From assembly GCA_944359625.1 (NCBI GenBank), contig CALVSW010000002.1, positions 36,332 through 100,331 on the forward strand: a stretch of 64,000 nucleotides of DNA, read 5' to 3'. Positions 17,531 to 27,993 of this stretch are shown piece after piece. The notes beneath the pieces are model-generated. The model searched no databases, was not told where the DNA came from, and saw nothing but the letters and a program-made list of their open reading frames with translations. Origin of the DNA: an uncultured Bacilli bacterium. GTDB taxonomy: Bacteria > Bacillota_I > Bacilli_A > RF39 > UBA660. A program made the translations under genes and the position numbers. Each line of letters starts with the position of its first letter. Within the stretch, counting starts at the first letter, position 1.

Positions 17531-19681
17531 ATGAATCACGAAAATGAAGAATTAAATAATACAAAAGCACTTGATGATTTAAATAACTTAGTAAATAAAA
17601 AAAGTAATAATAATTATGATAATTTATTAAATGATATCGAAAGTAAAGAAGATATTTATAATACTATTACAAGTGATGAAGTAGTATTAAATAATGATGT
17701 AGATACTAATAAAGATAGTCTTATAGATAAAATTAAAAAGTTACCTAAAAAAACGAAGATAATAATTATTATTATAATTATACTTATTTTAATATTAATT
17801 GCTTTAGGTATCTATCTAGTCTTAAAAAAAGAAGAACCAAAACCTCCTGAGGAACCTCCAGAAAATATTGTTGTTGACAATGGTAATTATCGTTATAATA
17901 ATGGAGTATTAGAATTTTTAGATTCCTTTAATACTAAAATAGGTGAATATACTTGTACGAATCAAGATGAAGAATTATGTTTTGTTGCTTATTTAAGTAA
18001 TAATGAAGATACTTTTAATAAAGAATTAAGTGTTAATGAAGATAATTCTTTAATTGAAGTACGTAGTAATATTTATCATAATCGTTACGTATTTATAAAA
18101 GATGGCGAAAATAGTAATATTATTTTATATGATGTTATTGAAAATAAAAGTGTTGGAGAATACTTAAAGATTAAAGTATATGATGATTCTGATTTAATAG
18201 TTATTGAGAATTTAGAAAATAAATATGGTGTTATTGAAATAACGGATAATGAAATTAAAGAAGTATTACCAATTAATTATGAATATGTTGGTAAGATAAA
18301 AAATGATGATAAATATATTGTTAAAACTAATCAAGGATATTATATTACAAGTAAAGATAATAAAAATTTAACTAAAGTTTCTAAAGATTTAATTTATGAT
18401 TATAATGATAATTATTTAGTAACTAAAAATAATGATAAATATAATTTATATAATTATAATATGGATTTAATTAATACTGATTTAGATTATATTACTTTAA
18501 TAGATAATGATTATTATGCTTATGTCTTAAATAATAAATTATATATAAAAGACTTTACTAATAATAAATATAATGAAGAAGGTTATGAATTAACAAATGA
18601 TAATTATCAAGTTATAAAAACTTATAATCCAGATGGCGAATTAATTAAAACGGATTATTCTTATCGTTTAACTAGAAATGATAATAGTTTAGGTGTTTAT
18701 ATTAAAGATAATGAAAATATTGAAGAATATACTATAAATTTATTAGAAGGCATAGTATCTAAAGATTTAAAATACTATAGTTACTTTAATGATACTTTAT
18801 ATTTCTATAGTGATTTAGAAAAAAATAATTTACTAGGTAAATATAAATGTACTAATAAAAATACTTTAGAAAATAATACTTTAAGTAGTTGTAATATTGC
18901 TTATAATGAAATATACGATGATAATTTCAAGAATAATGGTGCTGGTAAAACTACTAGTATTATACCTATAATTGCTAATCGTTATGTCTTTATTAATGAT
19001 AGTGTTAATAATGAAGAAATTAAGTTATATGATTTAGTTGAAGAAAAAACTGAAGCCACTTATAAAGGAGTAAGTGTTAATCAAGGTAATAATAGTGAGA
19101 TAACTTTTATAGCTAGTATAAATAATGTAATTGTTCAAAATAGACAAGATAAATTTGGGACAATTAATATTAGTAGTGGTGGTGTTACTAAGAATTTAGA
19201 TTTTATATATGATGCGATTGAAAGAATGGGAGATAGCTTCTTAGTAAAAGAAAATAATAAGTATTATATAAGATATGCTAATGAAAGAGTATCTAATGAA
19301 TTTGCTAATAAAATTTATGATTATAATTCTTCTTATTTAGTAGTAAGAGAGTCAGATGGTTTTGCTATATATAAACAAAATGATAATACAAATAGTATTG
19401 TTAGAGGAAAAGTAATGGTAAAATTACTAGGGGATACTTGTTATTCTTATGTTGAAAATAATAAATTATATTTAAGTTTATATGATAATACTCCTATTAA
19501 ACATGAAGAAATTATCTTACCTGATACAAATGATATTTATAGTTTATATAATTCTTATACTTTAAGTAAGATAGATGATAATAAAGTTCAAGTAAATGTC
19601 TTTAAAAATGGAAGTATTGATAAAACATATACTATTAACTTAACAGTAGGAAATAATGGTGATTTAAATGAAGAAAGCTAA
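17531..19681 (+). CDS. Membrane-anchored protein with WG-repeat-like modules
   Basis: One TM (IIIIIIILILILIALGIYLVL). Recurring K[YF]G[VT]I...YD/YE modules (NKYGVIEI, DKFGTINI). Confidence 0.6.
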   Translation: MNHENEELNNTKALDDLNNLVNKKSNNNYDNLLNDIESKEDIYNTITSDEVVLNNDVDTNKDSLIDKIKKLPKKTKIIIIIIIILILILIALGIYLVLKKEEPKPPEEPPENIVVDNGNYRYNNGVLEFLDSFNTKIGEYTCTNQDEELCFVAYLSNNEDTFNKELSVNEDNSLIEVRSNIYHNRYVFIKDGENSNIILYDVIENKSVGEYLKIKVYDDSDLIVIENLENKYGVIEITDNEIKEVLPINYEYVGKIKNDDKYIVKTNQGYYITSKDNKNLTKVSKDLIYDYNDNYLVTKNNDKYNLYNYNMDLINTDLDYITLIDNDYYAYVLNNKLYIKDFTNNKYNEEGYELTNDNYQVIKTYNPDGELIKTDYSYRLTRNDNSLGVYIKDNENIEEYTINLLEGIVSKDLKYYSYFNDTLYFYSDLEKNNLLGKYKCTNKNTLENNTLSSCNIAYNEIYDDNFKNNGAGKTTSIIPIIANRYVFINDSVNNEEIKLYDLVEEKTEATYKGVSVNQGNNSEITFIASINNVIVQNRQDKFGTINISSGGVTKNLDFIYDAIERMGDSFLVKENNKYYIRYANERVSNEFANKIYDYNSSYLVVRESDGFAIYKQNDNTNSIVRGKVMVKLLGDTCYSYVENNKLYLSLYDNTPIKHEEIILPDTNDIYSLYNSYTLSKIDDNKVQVNVFKNGSIDKTYTINLTVGNNGDLNEES

Positions 19682-20588
19682 TAAAAAAACATTACTGATA
19701 ATTATTTGTTTATTAGCAGTATTTATTCCTTTAACTATTTATTCAACTGTTATGCATTATGTTTATTTAAATTATACACCCCCATCTTGTGATATTACTT
19801 TAAGTAATGGAGCTTGTTATGGGTGTGTATATCCAAATGGTTATTGTGGTTATGCTAGAAATTATATTGAAGATGATACTTATAGAATTAATTATTATAA
19901 ACCAGATGCTTTAGCATATGTAACCATTCCTAATAATTTTGCTTTTATTGTAGATACTAATTTAACTACCGATAAAATAAATTATTTAAAAGATGCTGGA
20001 GTTGTTGTTTATAATTTAAATACTTTAGAAAAAACTGCAATTAAAGGTATTAAAAATTATAATATTGGGATAGCGGATAATTATTATATAGTAGTTAATA
20101 ATGATAATAAGTATGGGATTGTAACTTTTTCAGATACTATGGATACTGTTATTGATTATAAATATGATTTTATTGGTTTAGCTAATAAATTAAATGATCA
20201 AGGTTTAATAGATAATAGTAAATTTATTGTTTTAGAAAATGGTAATTGGAAGTTAATTGATAAAGCGGATAATCCTTTAACATCTGATTTTAAACAACCA
20301 ATATATGATTATAATGATTCTCATGTTGTTTTAAGTATTGGTAATAGTTATCAGATATTTAATTATCACAATAAAGCATTATCTTCAGAAACATTTATTA
20401 AAGTTGTATTAAAAGATAAATATATTGGTGTTATTGATACTGATAAAAAGTTTTATGTATATGATTGCAGTACAGAACAAATTATTTCTAATAAATATAA
20501 AGCGGAAGTATATGATGATATAGTTTTAGAAATTACTGATGGTACTTTATACATATATATGAATGGTGAAGTATTAGAGACACATTAA
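19668..20588 (+). CDS. Membrane-anchored protein with WG-repeat-like modules (paralogous architecture)
   Basis: Overlaps the upstream gene by 14 nt. N-terminal TM; NKYGIVTF...YKYDFIG module. Confidence 0.6.
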   Translation: MKKANKKTLLIIICLLAVFIPLTIYSTVMHYVYLNYTPPSCDITLSNGACYGCVYPNGYCGYARNYIEDDTYRINYYKPDALAYVTIPNNFAFIVDTNLTTDKINYLKDAGVVVYNLNTLEKTAIKGIKNYNIGIADNYYIVVNNDNKYGIVTFSDTMDTVIDYKYDFIGLANKLNDQGLIDNSKFIVLENGNWKLIDKADNPLTSDFKQPIYDYNDSHVVLSIGNSYQIFNYHNKALSSETFIKVVLKDKYIGVIDTDKKFYVYDCSTEQIISNKYKAEVYDDIVLEITDGTLYIYMNGEVLETH

Positions 20589-20622
20589 AATCAAATAGTT
20601 AAATAGTCTATTTGATTTTAAT
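20587..20622 (+). terminator. Rho-independent terminator
   Basis: AAAATCAAATAG / CTATTTGATTTT 12-bp stem followed by T-rich sequence. Confidence 0.75.
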
Positions 20623-20678
20623 TGCGAAGAATAAAAAATTATTTTATAATTATAACATAGAGAATTGAGGCCTTTATT

Positions 20679-21551
20679 ATGAATAAAAAGAAAGGAAATC
20701 CTGTTTTAAAAATAATATTAAATGTTATAACTTGGACAATATTTGCCTTGTTAGTATTAATAGCGTTATTTTTATTATATTATGCTATTGCAGCTCAAAT
20801 ATATGCTAAAAAAGGAGAAAAATATGAACCTGCTTTTTCATTATATACAATAATATCTGGTTCAATGAAACCGAATATTAATGTTTATGATGTAGTAGTA
20901 GATGGCAAAGTAAGTAATCCGGAAGATATAAAAGTAGGTGATATAATAACTTTTACTTCTTCTTCATCATTAACATATGGTGTTACTATTACCCATCGTG
21001 TTATTGCTATTGATAATAGTAATGGTGTATATCGATATCGAACTCAAGGAGATAATAATTTAGTACCAGATGATGCTTATGTAGAGTTTGGTAATATTTT
21101 GGGTAAAGTATTGTTTAAAATACCCCAACTAGGTCGTGTTCAGTTTTTACTATTAAAAGCTGGTAGTTGGTTATTTGTTATATTAATCCCTTCTTTAGGT
21201 ATCGTTATTTATGACATATTAAAAGTATTAAAATTAGCTGGTACTAAGAAAAAAATAGATAATACTTTAAATAATAAGAAAGATGATACAATAAGTAAAG
21301 AAAAACAAGAAAAATTAAAAGAAGATATTATTGAAAGATTAAAACAAAAAGAAAATATTAAACCTATTAAAAAGATTGATCTTAATAAAGTATTAAGTAA
21401 GATAGAAGAATTAGATAAAAAAGATAATATTAATGAAAATATTAGTTTACCAGAAATAAAAAAAGAAGATAATCAATTACCTAAAGTTAAACCTAAGAAA
21501 GTAACTAAAACCAGAAAAAAACGTAAGAAAAAATCTACTAAAAATAAATAA
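20679..21551 (+). CDS. sipW: Signal peptidase I, SipW (archaeal/ER) type, with Lys-rich C-terminal tail
   Basis: ISGSMKPNINVYDVVV and ITHRV motifs, a second TM, and a long KKxK-rich tail. Confidence 0.75.
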   Translation: MNKKKGNPVLKIILNVITWTIFALLVLIALFLLYYAIAAQIYAKKGEKYEPAFSLYTIISGSMKPNINVYDVVVDGKVSNPEDIKVGDIITFTSSSSLTYGVTITHRVIAIDNSNGVYRYRTQGDNNLVPDDAYVEFGNILGKVLFKIPQLGRVQFLLLKAGSWLFVILIPSLGIVIYDILKVLKLAGTKKKIDNTLNNKKDDTISKEKQEKLKEDIIERLKQKENIKPIKKIDLNKVLSKIEELDKKDNINENISLPEIKKEDNQLPKVKPKKVTKTRKKRKKKSTKNK

Positions 21552-21644
21552 TACTTAATTAAATAAAAAATGATAGTGTTCTTAAAAACATTATCATTTT
21601 TATATTTAAGAGATATAATTAAAAATATATAATAGTTATGTTAG

Positions 21645-21673
21645 TTGACTAGAACTTTTAAAATTATTATAAT
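21645..21673 (+). promoter_or_regulatory. Sigma-A type promoter for hisS
   Basis: TTGACT, a 17-nt spacer, then TATAAT, about 30 nt upstream of the hisS start. Confidence 0.6.
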
Positions 21674-21705
21674 ATATCTAGTTTTTTAATGAAAAGAGGT
21701 ATTTT

Positions 21706-22971
21706 ATGATAACTAAACAAAAAGGTACTACTGATATATACGGAATAACTGGTAAGAAATGGTTATATTTAAATAATTTAATTGAAGATATATGTCGATC
21801 TTATAATTATGATTATATTAGAACGCCAATATTTGAAGCTACAGAATTATTTCATAGAGGTGTAGGAGAAACTACGGATATTGTTACAAAAGAAACATAT
21901 GATTTTAAAGATAGAGGGGATAGAAGTATTACTTTAAGACCAGAAGGTACTGCGGGAGTGGTAAGAAGTTATATTGAAAATAAAATGTATGGGGATGCTA
22001 CGCAACCAGTTAAATTATTTTATAATGGTACAATGTATCGTTATGAAAGACCACAAAGTGGTAGAATGCGTGAGTTAACTCAATTTGGTTGTGAAGTATT
22101 AGGCTGCGATGATCCTTATATTGATGCTGAAGTTATTTCTATACCAGTATTATTATTTAAGATGATAGGATTAAGAAATATTAAAGTAAATATTAATACT
22201 TTAGGTGATGAAGAATCAAGAAATAATTATCGTGAAGCATTAATTAATTATCTTAAACCTCATATTAATGAATTATGTGAAGATTGTCAAAAAAGATTAG
22301 AAAAAAATCCTTTAAGAATATTAGATTGTAAAATAGATGCAGAAAATGAAATTTTAAAAAATGCTCCAACTATTTTAGACTATCTAAATGATTCTTCTAA
22401 AGAAAGATTTGATAAGGTTAAACATTATTTAGAACTTATGGATATCGATTATGAAGTAAATCCTAAAATAGTTAGAGGTTTAGATTATTATAATCATACT
22501 GTATTTGAAATAGAAGCTACCGTAAAAGATTTTGGGGCTCAAAACGTTTTAGCTGGTGGCGGAAGATATAACAATATGGTCGAAATGTTAGATGGACCAA
22601 GTACACCGGCGATTGGCTTTGCTTGTGGCTTAGATCGATTAATGCTTGCTATTGAAAAAGAAGATATCGAACTTAATATCTTTAATCAAATAGATTGCTT
22701 TCTTATGTACGTATCTGATACTGAAAAAGATATGGCTGTTAAAATAGTAAATGACTTACGTTCTAATGGTATTATTTGTGATATGGAAAACATGGGAAGA
22801 AGTCTCAAAGCTCAATTTAAACAAGCAGATCGCTTAAATTCTAAATTCTTACTTCTTTTAAATGATAAAGATTTAGAAAATAATGTTGTAACTATTAAAG
22901 ATAATGTTACTAAAGAAGAACAAAAAATTAATATCGATGAATTATTAGATTATTTAAATGTAAATATATAA
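21706..22971 (+). CDS. hisS: Histidine--tRNA ligase
   Basis: Class II motifs: RPEGTAGVVR, YRYERPQSGRMRELTQFGCEVLG, GGGRYN. Confidence 0.95.
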   Translation: MITKQKGTTDIYGITGKKWLYLNNLIEDICRSYNYDYIRTPIFEATELFHRGVGETTDIVTKETYDFKDRGDRSITLRPEGTAGVVRSYIENKMYGDATQPVKLFYNGTMYRYERPQSGRMRELTQFGCEVLGCDDPYIDAEVISIPVLLFKMIGLRNIKVNINTLGDEESRNNYREALINYLKPHINELCEDCQKRLEKNPLRILDCKIDAENEILKNAPTILDYLNDSSKERFDKVKHYLELMDIDYEVNPKIVRGLDYYNHTVFEIEATVKDFGAQNVLAGGGRYNNMVEMLDGPSTPAIGFACGLDRLMLAIEKEDIELNIFNQIDCFLMYVSDTEKDMAVKIVNDLRSNGIICDMENMGRSLKAQFKQADRLNSKFLLLLNDKDLENNVVTIKDNVTKEEQKINIDELLDYLNVNI

Positions 22972-22982
22972 GAGGGATGGAT

Positions 22983-23279
22983 ATGAGTAGATTTACTGAA
23001 GAAATGGTTGATAGGTATGCCGATAAGTTACTTATCGGCTTAACTAGAGAAGAAAATAAAATGGTACTTGATGAATTTGATAAAATAGATAAAGATATGG
23101 AAATAGTAAGTAATATACCTAATATCGAAAATGTAAAACCAATGACTTATCCATTAGAGGATTTAAAAAGTACTTTAAGAGAAGATATTGAAGAACCTTC
23201 TCCTGCTATTGAAGATTTATTGAGAAATGCTGGGAAAACAATGGGTAGAGAAATAGAAGTAGTAAAGGTGGTTTCATAA
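22983..23279 (+). CDS. gatC: Glu/Asp-tRNA amidotransferase subunit C
   Basis: About 98 aa, positioned directly before gatA/gatB. ATG at 22983 preferred because 22977 abuts the RBS. Confidence 0.85.
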   Translation: MSRFTEEMVDRYADKLLIGLTREENKMVLDEFDKIDKDMEIVSNIPNIENVKPMTYPLEDLKSTLREDIEEPSPAIEDLLRNAGKTMGREIEVVKVVS

Positions 23280-24736
23280 TGAATTATATGGATTTAAGTA
23301 TTGAAGAACTACATGATTTATTAAAAAATAATAAAGTTACTTCTAAAGATTTAATTAAAGAATCTTTAATTAAATCTCATGAATTACAAGATAAATGTAA
23401 TGCTTTTGCTTTAATATTAGATGATGCTAAAGAAACTCCTATAACGGATAATTATTTAAGTGGTATTCCATATGGTATTAAAGATAATTATTCAACTAAA
23501 GATATCGAATCTACTGGTTCATCTAATACTTTAAAAGGATATGTACCTTTTTTTGATGCAACAGTAATAGAAAAGCTAAATGATGCTGGAGCAGTAGCAA
23601 CTAATAAAACGGCAATGGATGAATTTGGCATGGGTGGTACTGGTACTACGGCTAATACGGGTATAATTCGTAATCCTTGGGATTTAAAAAGAATGTGTGC
23701 TGGTTCCTCAAGTGGTTCAGCAGCTGCTGTTGCCTATGGAGTTTATCCATATGCCTTAGGTTCTGATACCGGAGATTCCATTAGAAAACCTGCTGCTTAT
23801 TGTGGTATCGTTGGTTATAAACCTACTTATGGCATGATTTCTCGTTATGGATTATTTCCATTTGCATCAAGCCTTGATCATTGTGGCGTATTAACAAGAA
23901 ATGTTCGTGATGCTGCCATTGTAGTTAATAATATTAAAGGCTTAGATAATAAAGATATGACTACTTGGGATTCTAGCAAAATAGATTTATTAAGTCATAT
24001 AAATGATGATATAACAAATAAAAAATTATGTTATATAAAAGAAATAGTAGATATTAATAATTATTCTAATCCAAGTAAAGAATTAAAAAGTCATTTAAAA
24101 AACTTTATGGATAAAATAGAATTAATTAAAAGTAAAGGAATAACCATTGATGAAGTATCTGTTGATAAACAGTTACTTGATGCTGTAGCATCTGTCTATG
24201 TAATTATTTCATGTGCTGAGGCAACAAGTAATATGTCTAACTTAACTGGTATTATTTATGGCCCAAGAGGTGAAGGCAGTAATATTTATGAAATGATGAA
24301 AGATCATCGTACAAAAGGTTTTTCACCATTAATAAAAAGGAGATTTGTTATTGGCTCTTATGTCTTACAAAGAGAAAATCAAGAAAGATACTTTAATAAT
24401 GCTAAAAGAGTTAGAAGATTAATTGTTAATATCTGGAAAGATTTATTTAAAAAATATGATGCTGTTATCTTACCAGTAGGTAGTGGTCCTGCTAAATACT
24501 TAGATGATAGTCTAAATACATTAAATGAATCATCTACGATTTTAGAAGAACATTTACAAATAGGTAACTTTGGCGGTTTTCCATCAATAACTATTCCTGA
24601 TGGTTTTATAGATGATTTACCAGTAGGATTAAATATAACAAGTAATACTTATGAAGATGAAAAATTAATTAATATAGCAAATTATATTGAAAATTTAATG
24701 CCATATAAAAATCAAATAGCAAAGGAGAAAAAATAA
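23279..24736 (+). CDS. gatA: Glu/Asp-tRNA amidotransferase subunit A
   Basis: Amidase signature GGSSSGSAAAVA...GSDTGDSIRKPA. Confidence 0.95.
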   Translation: MNYMDLSIEELHDLLKNNKVTSKDLIKESLIKSHELQDKCNAFALILDDAKETPITDNYLSGIPYGIKDNYSTKDIESTGSSNTLKGYVPFFDATVIEKLNDAGAVATNKTAMDEFGMGGTGTTANTGIIRNPWDLKRMCAGSSSGSAAAVAYGVYPYALGSDTGDSIRKPAAYCGIVGYKPTYGMISRYGLFPFASSLDHCGVLTRNVRDAAIVVNNIKGLDNKDMTTWDSSKIDLLSHINDDITNKKLCYIKEIVDINNYSNPSKELKSHLKNFMDKIELIKSKGITIDEVSVDKQLLDAVASVYVIISCAEATSNMSNLTGIIYGPRGEGSNIYEMMKDHRTKGFSPLIKRRFVIGSYVLQRENQERYFNNAKRVRRLIVNIWKDLFKKYDAVILPVGSGPAKYLDDSLNTLNESSTILEEHLQIGNFGGFPSITIPDGFIDDLPVGLNITSNTYEDEKLINIANYIENLMPYKNQIAKEKK

Positions 24737-26163
24737 TGGAAGAATTAAAATTAGTAATTGGTTTAGAAATGCATTGTGAACTAAAAAGTAATTCAAAAGT
24801 TTTTTCTCCAGCTAAAAATTCTTATAGTGATATAGCAAATACTAATGTATCACCAGTTGATATGGCATTTCCTGGTACTTTACCAGTATTAAATAAAAAA
24901 TGTGTTTATAATGCTATTAAAATGGCTAGTATTTTAAATTGTACTATTGCTGATGAAATGTTATTTGATCGTAAGAATTATTATTATCCTGATTTACCTA
25001 AAGGTTATCAAATTACCCAATGTACTAAACCAGTTGGAATTAATGGCTATATTGATATTCCTTTAAATGATACAACTTTTAGAGTAGAAATATCCGATAT
25101 TCATTTAGAAGAAGATTCTGCCTCATTAGATCATTTTTCTAATATGTCTACTATCGATTATAATCGAGCAGGAGTACCTCTTTTAGAATGTGTTACAACT
25201 CCATGCTTACATTCAGCTGAAGAAGCCGTAGCCTTTTTAGAATATATGCGCAATATTTATCAATATACTGGTATATCTGATGCGGATACCAAAAAAGGCC
25301 AAATTAGATGTGATGTTAATGTTAACTTAAAAAATATTGAAGGCAAGTATGTAACACCACGTGTAGAAATGAAAAATGTTAATTCTTTTTCTAATGTGTA
25401 TAATGCTATTAAATATGAAGAAGAAAGACAAAAGAAAGCTTATTTAAAAGATGGCGGTAAAGAATTAATTCAAGAAACAAGAAGATATGATGAAGATACT
25501 AATACGACAATTGGTATGCGTCATAAAGAAGATGCCATTGATTATAAATATTTTATAGAACCTAATATACCACCATATCCAATTACTAAAGAATTAATTA
25601 ATTCTTTAAAAGAAGAAATACCTGTATTACCATTAGAACGTAAATCAGATTATATTAATAATTATAATTTATCTAGTTATGATGCTGAAGTATTAATTAA
25701 AAATAAAGATGTATCCGATTACTTTAATGAATGTATTAATCTAGGAATAGATTCTAAATTAGCAGCTAACTGGGTTACAGTAAATATATTAAGTGAATTA
25801 AATAAATCTAATATAAGTATTAAAGAATTTTATATAACTCCTAAATTATTAAAAATAATAATAGATAATATTGTTAATAATACGATATCTAGTAAACAAG
25901 CTAAAGAAATATTTAATAAGTCTTTATTAGAAAAGAAAAGTCCTTTAGAATTTATTAATAATTATAAACAAATATCTAATAAAGAAGAATTAACTAATAT
26001 AATAAAAAATATAATAAGTAATAATAGAGAACAAAAAGAATTATATTTAAATGGTAGAAGTAATTTATTTGATTACTTTGTAGGTCAAGTAATGAAAGAA
26101 ACTAAAGGTAAAGCTAATCCTACTATAACTAAAGAAATATTATTAGAAGAACTAAATAAATAA
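24736..26163 (+). CDS. gatB: Glu/Asp-tRNA amidotransferase subunit B
   Basis: VIGLEMHCEL, YYYPDLPKGYQITQ, IHLEEDSA, RHKEDAIDYKYF, and a YqeY-like tail. Confidence 0.95.
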   Translation: MEELKLVIGLEMHCELKSNSKVFSPAKNSYSDIANTNVSPVDMAFPGTLPVLNKKCVYNAIKMASILNCTIADEMLFDRKNYYYPDLPKGYQITQCTKPVGINGYIDIPLNDTTFRVEISDIHLEEDSASLDHFSNMSTIDYNRAGVPLLECVTTPCLHSAEEAVAFLEYMRNIYQYTGISDADTKKGQIRCDVNVNLKNIEGKYVTPRVEMKNVNSFSNVYNAIKYEEERQKKAYLKDGGKELIQETRRYDEDTNTTIGMRHKEDAIDYKYFIEPNIPPYPITKELINSLKEEIPVLPLERKSDYINNYNLSSYDAEVLIKNKDVSDYFNECINLGIDSKLAANWVTVNILSELNKSNISIKEFYITPKLLKIIIDNIVNNTISSKQAKEIFNKSLLEKKSPLEFINNYKQISNKEELTNIIKNIISNNREQKELYLNGRSNLFDYFVGQVMKETKGKANPTITKEILLEELNK

Positions 26164-26164
26164 G

Positions 26165-26195
26165 AAATCAGTTTTTAGCACACTGATTTTTTAAT
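26165..26195 (+). terminator. Rho-independent terminator after gatB
   Basis: AATCAG / CTGATT stem followed by TTTTTAATTTT. Confidence 0.65.
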
Positions 26196-26292
26196 TTTAT
26201 TAAAAAATATAATGTTTAACATTATTAAAAAATATAATTGCTAAAAACTGATATCTATGTTATCTTTATTATAGTGAGAATAGAGGTATATT

Positions 26293-27993
26293 ATGAATTA
26301 TCAAAGTATCTTAAAAAGGCAAACATCTATTATCTTAATATCTGTAATTGTTATGGTTTTAATTATAATAGGCGTTAGTTATTCATTATTTATGCAAGTA
26401 GATGAATCTAATGATGTACAAGTAGTAGAAAGTGGTACTTTAGTATTATCTTCAAATAAAGGAAATACAATAACTACTAATAATGTTCCATTATCAGATA
26501 TTGAAGGATTAGGTAGTGAAGGATATACTTTTAGTGTTAAAAATAATGGTACATTAGGATATTTATATAATTTATATATAAATAATAAAGCATCATCTAA
26601 TCCATTAGAATATGAATATATTAAAATATCATTTGATGATGGTCCAGTAACAAAACTAAGTGATTTAGAAGTTGATTCAGAAAAAGGATTAATCTTATTA
26701 GCAAATAATTATATTGCACCTGCTAATGAAGAAGGTGATGTTGTAACTCATAATATTAAAGTATGGATAGAAGAAACTGCACCAACAAGTATAATAGGTA
26801 AAAATATATTACTTCAAATTGATATGTATGGAGAAGCAGGTGAAACTTTTTATAAAGATTCTTCAGGAGCTTCAGAGCCAGAATTATATTCAGGTTTAAT
26901 ACCTGTAACTTATAATGATACAAATGAAATAGTAATTGCTGATTTATATAGTAATTGGTATGATTATGATGCTCATGAATGGGCCAATGCAATACTTATT
27001 GACCAAAATAATACAACAACTAAGAATAAGTATTTAAATGCTGATGGAACATATAAATCTGGAACAGTAGTAGAAGAAACAGATATACTACAAATGTATG
27101 TCTGGGTTCCAAGATATAAGTATCAGTTGTTTAATGTTGAAGGTGCAGATACAGAAGCTCAAATGATAAATATTCAGTTTGAAAGTAATACTACATCTAA
27201 ATCAAATGGTACTCAGAACGGAGAATGGTTAACGCATCCAGCGTTTACCTTTGGTACTACCGAGTTAAATGGAATCTGGATAGGTAAATTCGAATCAAGT
27301 AATGATATATCTGATATTAAGATAATACCAAATGTATCTAGTTTACGTAATCAAACCGTTGGTAATATGTTCAATGCTTCCCGTGCCATTGAAACAAATG
27401 CTAAATATGGTTTATCTGCATCTGAAGTCGATACCCATATGATGAAGAATATGGAGTGGGGTGCCGTAGCTTACCTGACAAATTCTAAGTATGGTAGATA
27501 CGAAGCCTCTGGTAGTTGTATTTCATCTGGATGTGAAGTCTTGATTAATAATAATAATAGTTACACCACCGGATGTGCTGGAGATAGCGTATCAGCATCA
27601 TCAAACTCCTCATGTAATGCTTGGAATACATCAACTGGTGTGAATGCCTCTACTACTGGTAACATCTATGGAATATATGATATGAGTGGTGGAGCATGGG
27701 AGTACGTCATGGGAAATTACAATAAAACCGTTGATTCTTCTGGAATCAATTTTGGTAGTATTGATAGTAAGTATTATGATGTATATACTGGTAATGGTAA
27801 GTTAGGTGATGCTACTAAGGAAACTCAGGGTTGGAATAACGATCGCGCGCTCTTTGTCAGTTCGTTTGGTCCGTGGTTCAAGCTCGGTGGCAGCTACGGC
27901 GGTGGCTCTGATGCGGGGGTCTTCGGCTTCAGCAACGGCGATGGCGGTGCGTATTCCGACGTCTCGTGGCGTGTTGTTTTGTCCTCCGAATAG
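26293..27993 (+). CDS. Membrane-anchored surface protein with C-terminal FGE-sulfatase/C-type-lectin-like domain; candidate DGR variable protein
   Basis: N-terminal TM. NMEWGAVAYL and GIYDMSGGAWEYVMG (GxYDMxGNxWEW-like) motifs. GC-rich, A-poor C-terminal tail ending SWRVVLSSE. Confidence 0.8.
   Translation: MNYQSILKRQTSIILISVIVMVLIIIGVSYSLFMQVDESNDVQVVESGTLVLSSNKGNTITTNNVPLSDIEGLGSEGYTFSVKNNGTLGYLYNLYINNKASSNPLEYEYIKISFDDGPVTKLSDLEVDSEKGLILLANNYIAPANEEGDVVTHNIKVWIEETAPTSIIGKNILLQIDMYGEAGETFYKDSSGASEPELYSGLIPVTYNDTNEIVIADLYSNWYDYDAHEWANAILIDQNNTTTKNKYLNADGTYKSGTVVEETDILQMYVWVPRYKYQLFNVEGADTEAQMINIQFESNTTSKSNGTQNGEWLTHPAFTFGTTELNGIWIGKFESSNDISDIKIIPNVSSLRNQTVGNMFNASRAIETNAKYGLSASEVDTHMMKNMEWGAVAYLTNSKYGRYEASGSCISSGCEVLINNNNSYTTGCAGDSVSASSNSSCNAWNTSTGVNASTTGNIYGIYDMSGGAWEYVMGNYNKTVDSSGINFGSIDSKYYDVYTGNGKLGDATKETQGWNNDRALFVSSFGPWFKLGGSYGGGSDAGVFGFSNGDGGAYSDVSWRVVLSSE
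27853..27978 (+). repeat. DGR variable-region-like repeat (VR1)
   Basis: 126 nt, 60% G+C, 12 adenines. Aligns codon for codon with 59818-59943, with 26 mismatches at template adenines and 15 at other bases. Confidence 0.75.

Noticed and set aside
21552-21705. Possible T-box leader upstream of hisS (and of gatCAB).
   Set aside because: The predicted promoter lies only about 30 nt from the start codon. No specifier-loop or T-box (AGGGUGGNACCGCG-like) sequence is present.
26199-26238. 15-bp direct repeat ATTAAAAAATATAAT, present twice upstream of the DGR target gene.
   Set aside because: It is an AT-only sequence containing -10-like hexamers in an AT-rich intergenic region. It is most simply a duplicated promoter-like tract and is too weak to call regulatory.
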